A DNA stretch of 64,000 nucleotides from Monocercomonoides exilis PA203 (lineage: Eukaryota > Protista > Preaxostyla): NCBI GenBank assembly GCA_001643675.2, contig LSRY02000038.1, positions 496,001-560,000 of the forward strand. Direction: 5' to 3'. The notes under the pieces are model-generated. The model did not search any database, had not been told where the DNA came from, and saw nothing but the letters and a program-made list of their open reading frames with translations. This document shows, piece by piece, positions 39,935-51,832 of the stretch. Both the position numbers and the translations under genes were made by a program. Each line of letters begins with the position of its first letter. The first letter of the stretch is position 1.

Positions 39935-41180
39935 CTAAATTTCTTCTTTCTTTGATTGAGCTCTTGTTCTGATAATAAACCTTTTGTCATATTCTGTATC
40001 CTCTTTTTCATCTTCCTTTGGTTCTTTAATCTTCGAAGGCATTATTGCTAGGGAGTCGTCGGAAGCTTGGATTTTTTCGTTTCTTTTACTCATATTGTAC
40101 TGCTTCTTCCCAATTGCAACCTTCTTTTCATCATTGTTCTGGCTTTCTTTCCTTCCTTTCTGTTCGTCTTTTTCAGCGCTTTGTGCCTGCTTTGTCGATA
40201 TTTCTGGTGATGAAGCAATCACCTTGCCCATTGCTGAAGCCAAATCCGCCCTGAAGTAATGTTTAACCAATGTGTTTGTTTGTGGCGAAAGACGAGCAAA
40301 CTTTGCAATCTGCTCTGGAGGAATACATGCCATTATCAAAGCCGAAATTGAGGCTGCCTTGATTGAGTATGGAGTGAATGTGTCTGGTATCCCGGCGTTG
40401 GTCAGTGCTTCCTTGGCAAGCTTGCGAATCCTTCCTGCTGTCAATGGGGCAAAAGTGTTTGTATTAAGAAGCAGACTGTTTGTGTTTGGGTTAGCTTGTT
40501 TTACTCTCTCCCACAAGGTCTTTATCGCGAAAGCAGGACAAATAAGAAGCAAGTCTGATAAATACGGAACGGCAATCTCTGTGCGTGTCTCCGAAGTCTT
40601 CAGTCTCGTGTCAAGATATATTCCTTCATTATGAAACCTTGAACCTCTCATGTCTATTCTCTCTAGCTCGGAAAATCTGCAGCTAAAAAATAACATTGTT
40701 AATTCAATCTCCTTTATTGTCAATTGCTTAAAGCTTAGAATCTCATTCAGCCCCTGATCTGCAAACTATTTCAACAACGTCTGCGGGTTCCAAATTTCTC
40801 TATTTTCTTTTTTCTATGATTTGTTTGTTCTTCTGAACGCTCTGAACAACATCTTCATGAGCGGTATGTCACCTAAGCACGTATTGAAAAAGAGACTGGA
40901 ATAAAAATAAACTGCAGCTCTTGTTATTTGCAGGCACGTGAGCGACATTCCGCCATTTCTAATGGATAAAAATACATTTGAGCAATTTGATGCCCAGTCG
41001 AATATATTGTCTGGTATTTCTTTGTGGCCACATTCCTTCCATTGCTTTCCAAAATGTGCAAAGCCAAAGAGGTATCCTTTCATGTTGTTTCAGCTATTCC
41101 CTTGCAGCACTCCTATGCAAGATCTGTTGAGAAAGCTTTCTGCTCCAAAGCGCGTTTCCACCGTTCTTCTCCATCACGCT
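39935..41180 (-). pseudogene. DIRS tyrosine recombinase (split into 40814..41083 and 39935..40723)
   Basis: SCRFSEL, LKTS, LICPAFAI, TPYSIKAASIS and VKHYFR; stops near 40740-40816. Confidence 0.85.
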
Positions 41181-42116
41181 GAATGGATTTAACAACTCAA
41201 TCCTCAACCGTCCTGGAGGAAGACAGGCATTCGTCCATTGCATTGAAGGGTCTTTCTGTAACACTTCCTTTTGCAGCTTCCAGTCCCAGCTCCTGTGTGG
41301 TATCGACTTCAAAAGAGTATCCCAGTTCTGGCCTCTCCAGTTCGGCAGGAGTAAGATCACTCGTGCTTTCTCCCTTTTCGCTTTCTGAATCGTTGGAATG
41401 ATCAGCGGCACAGGAGGGTGAGCCAAAACAACTTCGTCTTTCCATGGAACCATGAGACCATCCTCTGCAATCGGACTGTTGATGCAACACCATCTCTCCA
41501 ACTTGTGATTGTCACTTGCTGCAAACGCATCCAGTGTCAGTGGCCTCTGAGCTATCTTCAGAATCTCCAGCAGCTCTTCTGCTCGCACTTCGTAATCCCC
41601 TGCTCTCTCTAGTCTTGACAGAGCGTCTGCCCTTGTGTTCTTGATGCCTGGGATGTGTGTGGCTCTCATCTCTATATGTGTTTCTTCCTTCCATCTCCAT
41701 ATCTTTCTCAGTACGGGTCTCAAGTTCTTTCCTGCATTCCATCTGTTTATATTGTAGACAACCGCTGTATTGTCCGATCTCAGATGCAGTCGACTGATTC
41801 CGTTCCTCTGGAGCGCTGGGCCAAAATGGTTGAGAGCTAACCACACCGCCATTAACTCCCTGTAATTCGATGACTGTTTCGCAAGTTGCTGTGGAAACCG
41901 ATTGTGTGCGTCTAACAGTTGATTGTTGATTGACAGCGTAGCCCCCCACGCCACTTCCGATGCATCTGTTGTCATCACTGCCTGTGGGACAAACACTGGA
42001 ATTAGCTTGCGTTGAGGGCGTGATTTCAATATCTTCCTCCATTGCAAAATCTGTTAGATAATGGATGCGTTGATTCTCATCTGTCCGCTCCATCCTTGCA
42101 ACTACAATCCTTTTTG
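41094..42116 (-). pseudogene. DIRS RNase H + methyltransferase-like domain
   Basis: RNase H motifs TTDASEVAWGA, SSNYRELMA, SDNTAVV and HIPGIKNTRADALSR; MT-like LDAFAAS...LAHPPVPLI...LPNW. Confidence 0.9.
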
Positions 42117-45100
42117 GGCATAGGTTCAAACGCGTTCCTTTTGCAATTTGCGTTTTTAAACCCTCAAATTATAACGAATTAATAGATAATAATTATTTAA
42201 AAACTTTTTATGGACCGATTTTTCGAAAAAAAATTTACTTGTTGAAAAAAATGATTTTTGTAAAATGACCCATAAAAACATGGATTTCATTGAAAAATAT
42301 TCAAATTTAAAAGAAAATGTGATTTTTTCGAAACAAAAGTGTTTGCATTATTATGTAGACATATTTTATTTGTTAATTTTCATCATTAACAAAATGTTCA
42401 TAAAAAATATTTTATTAAATATCTCTGAATCTAACCCACAATAAAATTTTTTATCTCTGGAAAAGTTGAATATGCTGTTTAAGATGAAATCAAATTCAAA
42501 AGTTTGCCATCTTTTCATTTTTATATATAAAATTTAACATATTATTATATGTGCACTTGTTTTTATTGAAAACAGCTTTAATTATCAGTGACACAAACAC
42601 ATGCATTTTCACTTTTATGTTGCTAAGCTGAAAGATAAAAATTTCAATATTGGTAGCAATGGCTCGAAAAATATTCACAAAACTTCCTAACGAATAAAAA
42701 GTTATAATTTTATTTGAATCTTTGAAAAACTGACATAATTTTCATTTTTATAACTATTAATTCAGAATTTCTCTTTTGAAATGAATTGAAACAAGAAATT
42801 ATTTGGATTTATAAATCTATAAATGAATCCAAATCATTTTGAATCGAGAATTATTGAGAATTTGTTCATAATGAGTTAATTATTTTATTCATCTCTTTTT
42901 TATTAATCATGAAATGCCTCAGATTTTGAGAGAAATATTTTTAATTGAAACAATGAAAAGCGAGATTGGGGTTTTAATATTATGAATTTAAAAACAATTT
43001 TTGAAATATTTTTTAAAATGTCTTCTTCAAAAATATATATATCATTTTATTCTCAAAATCGAAAATAAAACAAAAAACAAAAATGAATAAGATATTTTTG
43101 AACATGCAGCTCTTTCAAAGCTATCAAAAGCAATAACAACATAGTGATTTGCAACAAAATGATTTGTTAATAGCAGTTTCAGCAAAGTGAAGAAGTCTCA
43201 ATAAATAATGTTAAATGTTTTCTGTTTCAATTCTAATTCTTTCTACACACATTGTTATTCCACCTTCTGGCAAATAAGAGATTGTTGTGTCTTTCCTCAA
43301 AACAGAACTCTTCACAGCATCAACAAGAGATCCACACATCTGCATATCTCTTTTTCTGCTGCATTCAAATTCTTCTCGTTTCTTTCCTTTGCACTCCCAT
43401 CAAACAAACATGATCCAATCAGTACATCCACACACTCACATATCCTCGTCATCCTTCCTCTCTTGTTTGTGCACTTGCATTGAGTAAAAGAGCAGTTCAG
43501 CACATTCAACCTCCTTTCAGCTCCATCCATCTTCATCACGCTTCCTTCAGAAGCTACTGAAATATTCTCAAACTTCACTTCCTTCATCCCTGCCTTCGCT
43601 TTTTCCCCAACTCTCACATCTTCCCCATCACACTCGACATTCAACATTCTGGTTTCAACAATTAACGCACCAAATTCTCCACAGAATGACAGAAGTGGCA
43701 CAGATGAATGGATTCCACTGAACAACGTTTCGCTCATCTTCAGCTCAACAGCAGATGAAATAAACTCATAACTTCGCATCTCCATTGAGCCATTTTTCAC
43801 TTTCAAAATGAACTTGTTACTTGCCTCAAACATTTCTCCAAACTCAAATGCACATCTCTCTGCAACGCACTCATTCACAAACACAATCACACTCCTTTCG
43901 TTTCCGATCTCTTGAATGGTTGCATTGAGATGGATTGTCGCCTTTGCCTTCTTTACTGATTTCACACACAAGTCTCCGATCACACATTCTCCACCAATGT
44001 CTCCTTCTCCATCAACAAAAATCATGTTTTCAACACCTCTTTGAATGTGACTCACACTGCAGCTGATGCCTTTGCACGGATTTGTCTGTGCCCCACACTG
44101 CCTGCTGTCTGTTCCTCCAACATTTGCAAACACCTGGACTGCAAAATAGAATGTGATCAATGGAATCAGATCAGTATCCCCACCTCCACTCGCATCGCTC
44201 CCACACATCGAGTCCTTCCCATTCAGCTCCTCCTGGCTGAAGTCCAGTCCAAACAGTCTTTCATTCAGCTGCAAGTCAATCATGTCGCATCAGATGAACA
44301 CATTCTTCCCGATGAATGCATCATTCATCAAAAATCGGATGCCCTCCAATCTCAGCCCAAGCGGTAGTATTTCTGTATTTATGCATTCCCCATTCGGATC
44401 AAGTGCATCAATCATCATCCCTCCTCACCTTCCATTCCCTGTCAAACATACATACATCACAAACGAACACCCACTCACTTTCACCTCCGAATCTCCTCTC
44501 TTCATCAGAATCTTCATCTCTCCGCCTTCTGTGCTTCTCTCGCTCACACACTTCGTCAACACTCACACTTCCATCACAAATTCATCAACAATCAGTTCTC
44601 CCCCCTCAACGTTTATCACATTATATCCTATCTTTCCATCTATCAATGCCTCACCCTCAAATGACACTGAACAGTTCATCATACTGAGTGTTGATGTTGA
44701 ATGGATGAATGCACTTCTTGAATTCAACTGACCTTTCACAACAAATGAAAGTCTCCTCATTATCAGTAAACTCGAACATCCAACAAGTCATTCTTGTGTG
44801 GATGAACCTTCATCATTCACTTCCACATTCCCTCCAATCACATTCACAAATATGCAATCAAATCCATTGTTCATTCCTGCTTCTGAATGGAATGAGCATC
44901 CAGTTATCACCAACTCTCCATTTCTATTTGAAACAATGGTTTTGGCTGAGTTGTCAAATCCTGATGTTAGTTGAAGTTGGATATTTGTCAATTCAAAATG
45001 ATCATCATTTTCAATGAAATGATCCAGCTGATTTCCAATTGATTTTTCAAAACTCAAAGTTACTTTTTAATCTTCTTCTCCCATCTTTACACCCTTTTTG

Positions 45101-46071
45101 ATCTGATAATTGGACATGTTGAATGAATTTCGAATAACAGTCGATCCATCAATCTGAATTGTTTTCATTCCACGTTCCTTTTCCATGTTTTCCTTCCATT
45201 TCAACATCGTTTGGCTTGATTCTTCCTCGCTTCAACATATTACAACATCAAATTCACTGTTAGTGTAAAATAAATCAAATTCAAAAAATTCTTTTTTTTA
45301 CAATAAAAAAAACCAAACTTTTATTTAGCACATGTTTTTATTTCTCAATATTGAGCTATTTTGTGTAAGTTATGTTTAATTTACAACATTGATTTATTTA
45401 TGCATGCTATGATCGAGCCTAATACAAAAAAATATTAATAATCCAAAAAACAAGAAAAAATTCGTAATAAAAGAGCTAAATAAATATTTATTTGATGAAA
45501 AAAACTATATAAAACCTTTTGCGTTCCATTGCTACCAATATTGAAATTTTTATCTTTCAGCTTAGCAACATAAAAGTGAAAATGCATGTGTTTGTGTCAC
45601 TGATAATTAAAGCTGTTTTCAATAAAAACAAGTGCACATATAATAATATGTTAAATTTTATATATAAAAATGAAAAGATGGCAAACTTTTGAATTTGATT
45701 TCATCTTAAACAGCATATTCAACTTTTCCAGAGATAAAAAATTTTATTGTGGGTTAGATTCAGAGATATTTAATAAAATATTTTTTATGAACATTTTGTT
45801 AATGATGAAAATTAACAAATAAAATATGTCTACATAATAATGCAAACACTTTTGTTTCGAAAAAATCACATTTTCTTTTAAATTTGAATATTTTTCAATG
45901 AAATCCATGTTTTTATGGGTCATTTTACAAAAATCATTTTTTTCAACAAGTAAATTTTTTTTCGAAAAATCGGTCCATAAAAAGTTTTTAAATAATTATT
46001 ATCTATTAATTCGTTATAATTTGAGGGTTTAAAAACGCAAATTGCAAAAGGAACGCGTTTGAACCTATGCC
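42117..46071. mobile_element. Pack-type non-autonomous element 2 (546-bp TIRs, 8-bp TSD; Merlin- or Mutator-like)
   Basis: TIRs 42117-42662 and 45526-46071 start GGCATAGGTTCAAACGCG; no mismatch noticed by eye. TSD CCTTTTTG at 42109-42116 and 46072-46079. Removing it puts DIRS RT and RNase H back in one frame. Confidence 0.96.
43200..45240 (-). pseudogene. Internally deleted fragment of the surface-receptor gene family (cargo of element 2)
   Basis: MRRLSFVVKGQLNSRSAFIHSTST matches ~55270-55460. IDALDPNGEC...IDLQLNERLFGLDFSQE...DLIPLITFY matches ~56830-58150 of the 2808-aa gene. In-frame stops present. Confidence 0.93.
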
Positions 46072-47050
46072 CCTTTTTGTAAGAGGCGATACATGGAATG
46101 CAGCCATAGGGAAGTGTCTTGCTGAACGAAACGGATTGCGCTGAGTTTTCCAATGAACGAAGCAAAATCTCTTGTTCTCTCCTTCTTGACTTTCACCGCT
46201 TTCACTGCTTTCACTTTCCATTTGTCAACTTCTTTCATCAATGCAATTCTTCTGTCTTCCTTCAACTGAACCTCCATTATTTCCGAGTTCCATCTGTATC
46301 CGAGGTAAACAAACTCTCTGCTGGCAGATAGGTGGCTTTTCTCCTTGTTTGCTAGCAGCCCAAGCGACTCCAAAAACTGCACAATCCCTTCCGTAATTCT
46401 TCTTAAATGCATTTGATCTTGATGTAATATTAGCAGGTCGTCCAAATACGCAACAAGCCTCACATGCCATCTTCTTCTTATTTCCTTCGTCACTTTCCTC
46501 ATTACATGTGTGAATATTCTGTATGCATCTTCGAATCCGAAAGGCATTCCTTTGAATACGTAATCTTTTCCGAGAAATCTGAAAGCGAGATATGGTTTGA
46601 GATTCTCTGAAACTGGGATAAGATAATACACCTGATGAATGTCTATCGTCACTGCCCAATCTTCTTTCAGCAATATTCTCTCCATTGTTCTCTCGTTGTC
46701 GCATTTGAAATGCGTTCTGAGGACCGCTGCATTCAAACGACGACAGTCTAAGATCTGCCTCCATGTTCCGTTCTTTTTCTTGATCAGGAATACATTGTTC
46801 CTGTGTTTGACATCTTCCTGATTTATCTCCTCCACTATTCCTGTCCTCGTCTGTTCCTCCAACAAATCCTTGAAGGCTCTTTTGTGCTCTTCGCTTGTTC
46901 GCTCGGCTCCATCTCTGCACGACCTCTTTGAAAGTTTCTGTCTCTCTCTTCTGTTCTTCCACGTCGCTTGGATCCCATTTCGGATCAAATCTCCTCCTCC
47001 AATCTCTTCCCATGCGTTTAAGAACAGTATCGTCCTTCCTCCAATGATCT
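46072..47050 (-). pseudogene. DIRS reverse transcriptase
   Basis: WRQILDCRRLN, TIDIHQVYY, GMPFG, VAYLDDLLIL and YLGYRW; cut by element 2 at 46071. Confidence 0.93.
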
Positions 47051-47256
47051 AATCTGGCTGCGACTCTTTTTCTGTTGCTTTCGTTAATTCCTTTGAAGAC
47101 ACCGACTCCGTCTGTCCCATCTGACTGCTCTTTATCAGCTTCCAAAGCTTCTCCTTCCTGAGAAAGAGCGGGGTCTGTAACAAAAAAACAGCTGACCTGC
47201 TCCTCCCTTTGACTGCGCCTGAACTTGGCAGGATGAATTCAAATCCCTTTTTTCCT

Positions 47257-47982
47257 TTATTCCTTTTGCATTGCTTCAAAACTTCTGTGTCTCATTCTCG
47301 AGCTAGCCATATCAGTTTCCTGCTCCGATTCTTTCAGGATCTGTTCTTGTCTTGATGTTAACAGACCAGCCGCCGCTTCCGCTCTCATTTTTTCCGCTGC
47401 TTTAAACCCGAACCGCCCTTGAATTCTGGTATTTCTGGCCTCCTGGAACGCTTTTACCGTGAGGATAAGCGCATCTGAAGCTCTCTGTCGTGCACTCTCC
47501 TTGTTGGAATCCATTTCGGCTAAGCAAAACAAAACGGCTTTGAAAGCTTGACATAGGCACATCTCCTGTTTATATCCTGCGTAGTCTAGAGCATCGTTGA
47601 ACCAGTTCTTGGATTTTGCAGCTGGAGGAGGCACTGGAGGAAACAAGGGGCTTAAATCGTGTAAGGAATATTCCTGCTGAATTCTTTCCACTGAAAAAGT
47701 GTGAATCTGAATGTCGAGTAAAGATTTAACGGGATCCATTGCAAATACTTCTTCAAAAACAGATGCTGCAGCTTCGTACATGCCTTCTTCTTCTTCTCGT
47801 TTGCTCTCTTCTCTATCTGACGGCTGTGTCGAAGATCCTGCAGAATGGTCGATAAACGGTGGAGAAATGAGTGGCGGCTGCGATTGGACGTTCATCTGGC
47901 TTTGCGCCCCACCTGGCAGTCCGGCTGCTTCGGTCGACGGCGTAAGTCCAGGAAATGTCGCGAACTGCGAAGATTGCAACAT
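47257..47982 (-). CDS. DIRS gag-like ORF1 (241 aa)
   Basis: First ORF inside the 5' ITR; homologous to 1888..2319. Confidence 0.75.
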   Translation of the reverse strand: MLQSSQFATFPGLTPSTEAAGLPGGAQSQMNVQSQPPLISPPFIDHSAGSSTQPSDREESKREEEEGMYEAAASVFEEVFAMDPVKSLLDIQIHTFSVERIQQEYSLHDLSPLFPPVPPPAAKSKNWFNDALDYAGYKQEMCLCQAFKAVLFCLAEMDSNKESARQRASDALILTVKAFQEARNTRIQGRFGFKAAEKMRAEAAAGLLTSRQEQILKESEQETDMASSRMRHRSFEAMQKE

Positions 47983-48399
47983 TGATCCGATCGTGGAGAT
48001 GACCCATTGATCGTGATCTCAAATGAAAGAGAAGGAATTGAATGGATGTTTTTCTTGAAAATAAAGGTGCTTATGCACTTATATCGACCAGAGAATGTTC
48101 GACCTATTTGATAGCACGGTCATATGCTCAAATACACAATAAAAAGAGGATACGAAGAGATAGTTATTTTGTGAAAGGAGTAGTAAGAATGTGCATTCAT
48201 TCTTTTCCAAAGGAAAAGAAGTTGAAAGAAAGTTGACAATGAAAATTGTTGTTGAACACATTTCACTATTATTGTGAGACAACCTCTGCTGCATTATTTC
48301 AGATGGTAATGCTGTTTGCTGGATTTTGTTGTTCAGAATGTTTGGCAGAGCATATGCATTTATCGGAGTTGAGGTGATCTTTAAACATTTACACACATT

Positions 48400-48960
48400 A
48401 TTCTCCCAACTATTCAAACAGATCATAATTCATCTTCCTTTTTACCAAAAATAGTTTGAAGCCTACGTTAATTGGAAGCTTTAATAATGAAACTCACACT
48501 TCATGTGACAAAAAGAATTTCCTTTGAAATGAAAAAAAAGAATCATCTGCTCCAGGTGTCACCCTGTCTCCATTTCCATCCTGCCTTTCTTCCACCAACA
48601 CTTCAGCATGGTCAAACGAAGCTCGAATGTCAATATCCATAAAAATCCACATTTGCGCTTGACAAATGGAAAATAATGCTAATTCTGAGATTGAAGAATT
48701 AAATGAAAGAGACTCGTTTGTTCCTTCCTATCTGTTATTTGCTGTTTGACCAAAGAGAAAACTCGCTTCAAATGATAATCACCATTTTTTGTTCAAAATG
48801 GTTATCCCTTCGAAGAAGAAAATCCGAAAAAGGTTTCCCAAAATACTGTTTGATTGTTTCAAAAATGCCAAATAATTTGATGCCTTGTTGATGGGGTCTC
48901 TAATCTGTTTTGAAACAAAAAGTGGTGAAATTTTGAATTTCATCGCTGTCAATAATAGTC
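48400..48960 (-). pseudogene. Possible highly decayed non-LTR retrotransposon RT fragment
   Basis: Ordered degenerate motifs across frames: D*RP(I)...LFGIFETI, MDIDIRASFDH and RQGDTWS. No YADD found and the spacing is shortened. Confidence 0.35.
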
Positions 48961-49969
48961 TGGAGAAGAAGGAGAAATGTTCAAGTCAAAAGTTTTTCAA
49001 TTATTTTTTATCTGTTTATTTCATTGAAATCTTGCCTTTTTTCACAATGAAAATTCCCTTCTCGATATCGACTATTGCTTTATTTTCAGAAACACCACAA
49101 AATGTTTCTCTGCTTTTTTCTCCAGTATTTTGAATAATTTTGAAATTCCTTTTTTTTTTCTTCAAATAATTGGGTTATTTGAATAAAAACCAAAACATTC
49201 CTCAAAGAATGTGTTTCAATCTCTCGTTGAAACAAAATTTGTCAAAAACACAAAACGCACTTGTATTCTCCGATGAGCAAAAATGAACAAGATTTTCATC
49301 TTCCTTTATGTTCATTGACACAAAAATGAAATAAGATGTCCATTTATTACCCAAAACAACATCTTGTGCTTTGAAAAGGTTAAAAATGAAATTATCATCA
49401 CAGAATTGAAAAGAACAAAGAAAAGAGCGAACATTCTGTTATTCACATCCAATGATCCAAAAAAACTGTGTTCACGAAACAGTAATTTTCATTTGATTGC
49501 CTCAATCATTTTCAAACTTCAACATCACACCAAAAGTGAATTGTGCTTCTTTCAAAGAAAAATATGATAGAACTATTTATACTTGCATTTGTTCAACTCT
49601 CTTTTGTTCTGGCGTGGATTGTTGTGTTTTTTTGATAATTCCAAGATCAGTTCATCCATAATAGCATGTGAAAATAGAAAAATCGTTGAATTTTATTTTT
49701 CTCGTCAAGAACGCTGATACCCAAAAGGATATCGTGCGTGCACTTATTTTTGCGATTGCTGTGAGATTTCTTTTTTTTTTTTCCGGATATTTTTGTTTCT
49801 TGCGCTGATTGGCTTTTGTGTGAATGAAAAACAAATAAGGATGTTTGCTGGCTGCACTGCTTCTGCGCAAATTCAGGAGATGCACGATTCTAAAACTTTC
49901 ATGTGTTTGGGAATAATTTTTGTTTTGAAACTTTGATAATGGTGATACTTTCAATGATATTTCGCAGCA

Positions 49970-51313
49970 TTGTTTTCGGTTCTGTTTCGTTGTAGTGAAG
50001 CCCTGAAAATACAAGTTCAAGATGAAATGGTCAGAATTGCTGAAGAAATGAATGACGATGACTTGCATTCAATTTTCACGACCGAATTGTTCAACGAAAT
50101 GGACAAAATGATTGAAGAGAAGAAATATTCATTAGAAAATGCATGTTTGCTGTTGATTCAAGTGAAGTTTAACTTTATGTTGAATGAGGAATTGGATGAG
50201 CGCTTTGTTCATTCTTATCTGAATAAAAGATTGGAAATGATGATTGAAGAAGAGAACAACAAAACAGAAGGAAAAAGGGAAAAGCTTCTGACTGATCTTT
50301 GTGAATGCCATCTCTTCATGTATGGTATCGTCGATTCAGCTGGATTCCTATTTGTCTGCATTCGTCGTATTCTGAAAGTTGCATCGAGCAAGGAGGAAAG
50401 CGAAGAAGCTCGAACAGAAGTGGAAATGGGATTGGTGGCATTAAGCAGCGTGTCCCATCGTTTTGTATGAGCATTTTTTATTTTCTTTTTGATTCCATCG
50501 ATAATTTTTTCACTATTTTCTCTTATCCTTGTTTTTCAAAAACAGTTTACGAAAGATGATAAGTTTTTGAATGAGATCAAAGAAATCATCCAATATCACC
50601 AGAAACATCGCAATCTGACGCGACTCGCCTACCAGTCGGCTTTGCTGTTTATGATCAACCAATTTGAGAAAAGCAAAAGAATCTCAGAATCTTTTGGATG
50701 TGAACTGCATTTTGCGAGAGAAGCAGCAAGAGAATTGGAAGATTTATCAAAATGTGTTAATTGGAAGAGAAAAATAGATGAAAATAGAAAAGGTGAAGAA
50801 AAGAAAGAGAAAGAACTGCTAATTTTATTTCGATGGCTGCATATTGTAAACAATCATTTTCGTGGATACACATGTCGTTTTGGAGGGCTCGCTGGGCTTT
50901 TTAGCAGCATTGTGGGAGTCTTTCGAGCAGCAAAGGGTAATAACAGAGCAATTTGTGAGCAATGCCTTAGATCTTTTAATACCGCAGTGGTGTTCATAGA
51001 AGTCGAAATTGACGATCTGTTGAATGGAGGGGCAGTTGATGTTGCTTTGGAGGTGATCGTTCAGTCAAATGATGGAGGGTTTTCGAATAGCTGTTTGGAG
51101 TTTTTGAAGAGTGTTTATTATAGATTGAAGTGGAGAAGGTTTACAAAGAATGAGGAGGTTGAAAGAAAAGAGACAAAAAGAAAGCTTTTTGAAAAGATGG
51201 AGGAAGAAGGGTATGAAGATTGTGCCATCGGATTATTCTATTTCCTTCAAAAAGGGTTGCATTTTGACTTTTCTTTGAATAAAAAGCCGGAAGATTATTT
51301 TATCTTTTGCTGA
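49970..51313 (+). CDS. Paralog of 37878-39154, 2 exons (intron 50465-50545); start uncertain
   Basis: An 81-nt phase-0 intron (GTATGA...AAACAG) joins SHRF to FTKDDKF. Motifs EVEMGLVALS, HRNLTRLAYQSA and KMEEEGYED. Confidence 0.8.
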
Positions 51314-51832
51314 TTCATTTGCTTTTTTTTTTCATTTTCTTCATTGTTTGAATGGTCGGTTATTTATTGAGACCTTATTTTTTTTTTGATGATTTAATTT
51401 TAAATTTATTTTTAATTTATTTTATTTTGAAGTTGTTGGAGTTAAAGAACTCCACTGAATGGTTTGAAAGATTAAATAACTTTTTTGATGAGCATGAACA
51501 TTCCTTGCTTTTATGTTCTATTGTAAGATAATATTTTTATTCAATTATAATTTATTATGTTTTTTTTTCTTGTTGTTAATTTTTTTTTCTTTTTTTTTAA
51601 GTTCTGAACTGTTGAATGAAATCGTTTTAATTCTTCATTTTATTATTTTTTTCAAAAATGAACAATTTCCAAATGCTTTTTGGAAGAATTGTTATTTTTT
51701 CATTTTTCGTTTCAAATTGAAAACAAAAAATAGAAACTTCAATTTATATTTATTCAATGATTATCTTGATGAAGTCAAAGATAAAAAATGGAAAAATAAA
51801 CATTTATCCTTTCACTTTGCTTCTATGAATAA

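Larger units (their letters stand above)
39537..48080 (-). mobile_element. DIRS1-type retrotransposon, copy 2 (~4.6 kb net), interrupted by element 2
   Basis: gag-RT-RH-MT-YR on the minus strand, inverted terminal repeats (39555-39600 versus 47998-48043) and an internal complementary region at 39768-39872. Confidence 0.93.

Noticed and set aside
42040-42116. In-frame TAG/TAA in the restored DIRS pol frame, suggesting TAR=Gln recoding as in some oxymonads
   Set aside because: The 2808-codon gene contains no TAA/TAG and uses only CAA/CAG for Gln. The stops are better explained by TE decay.
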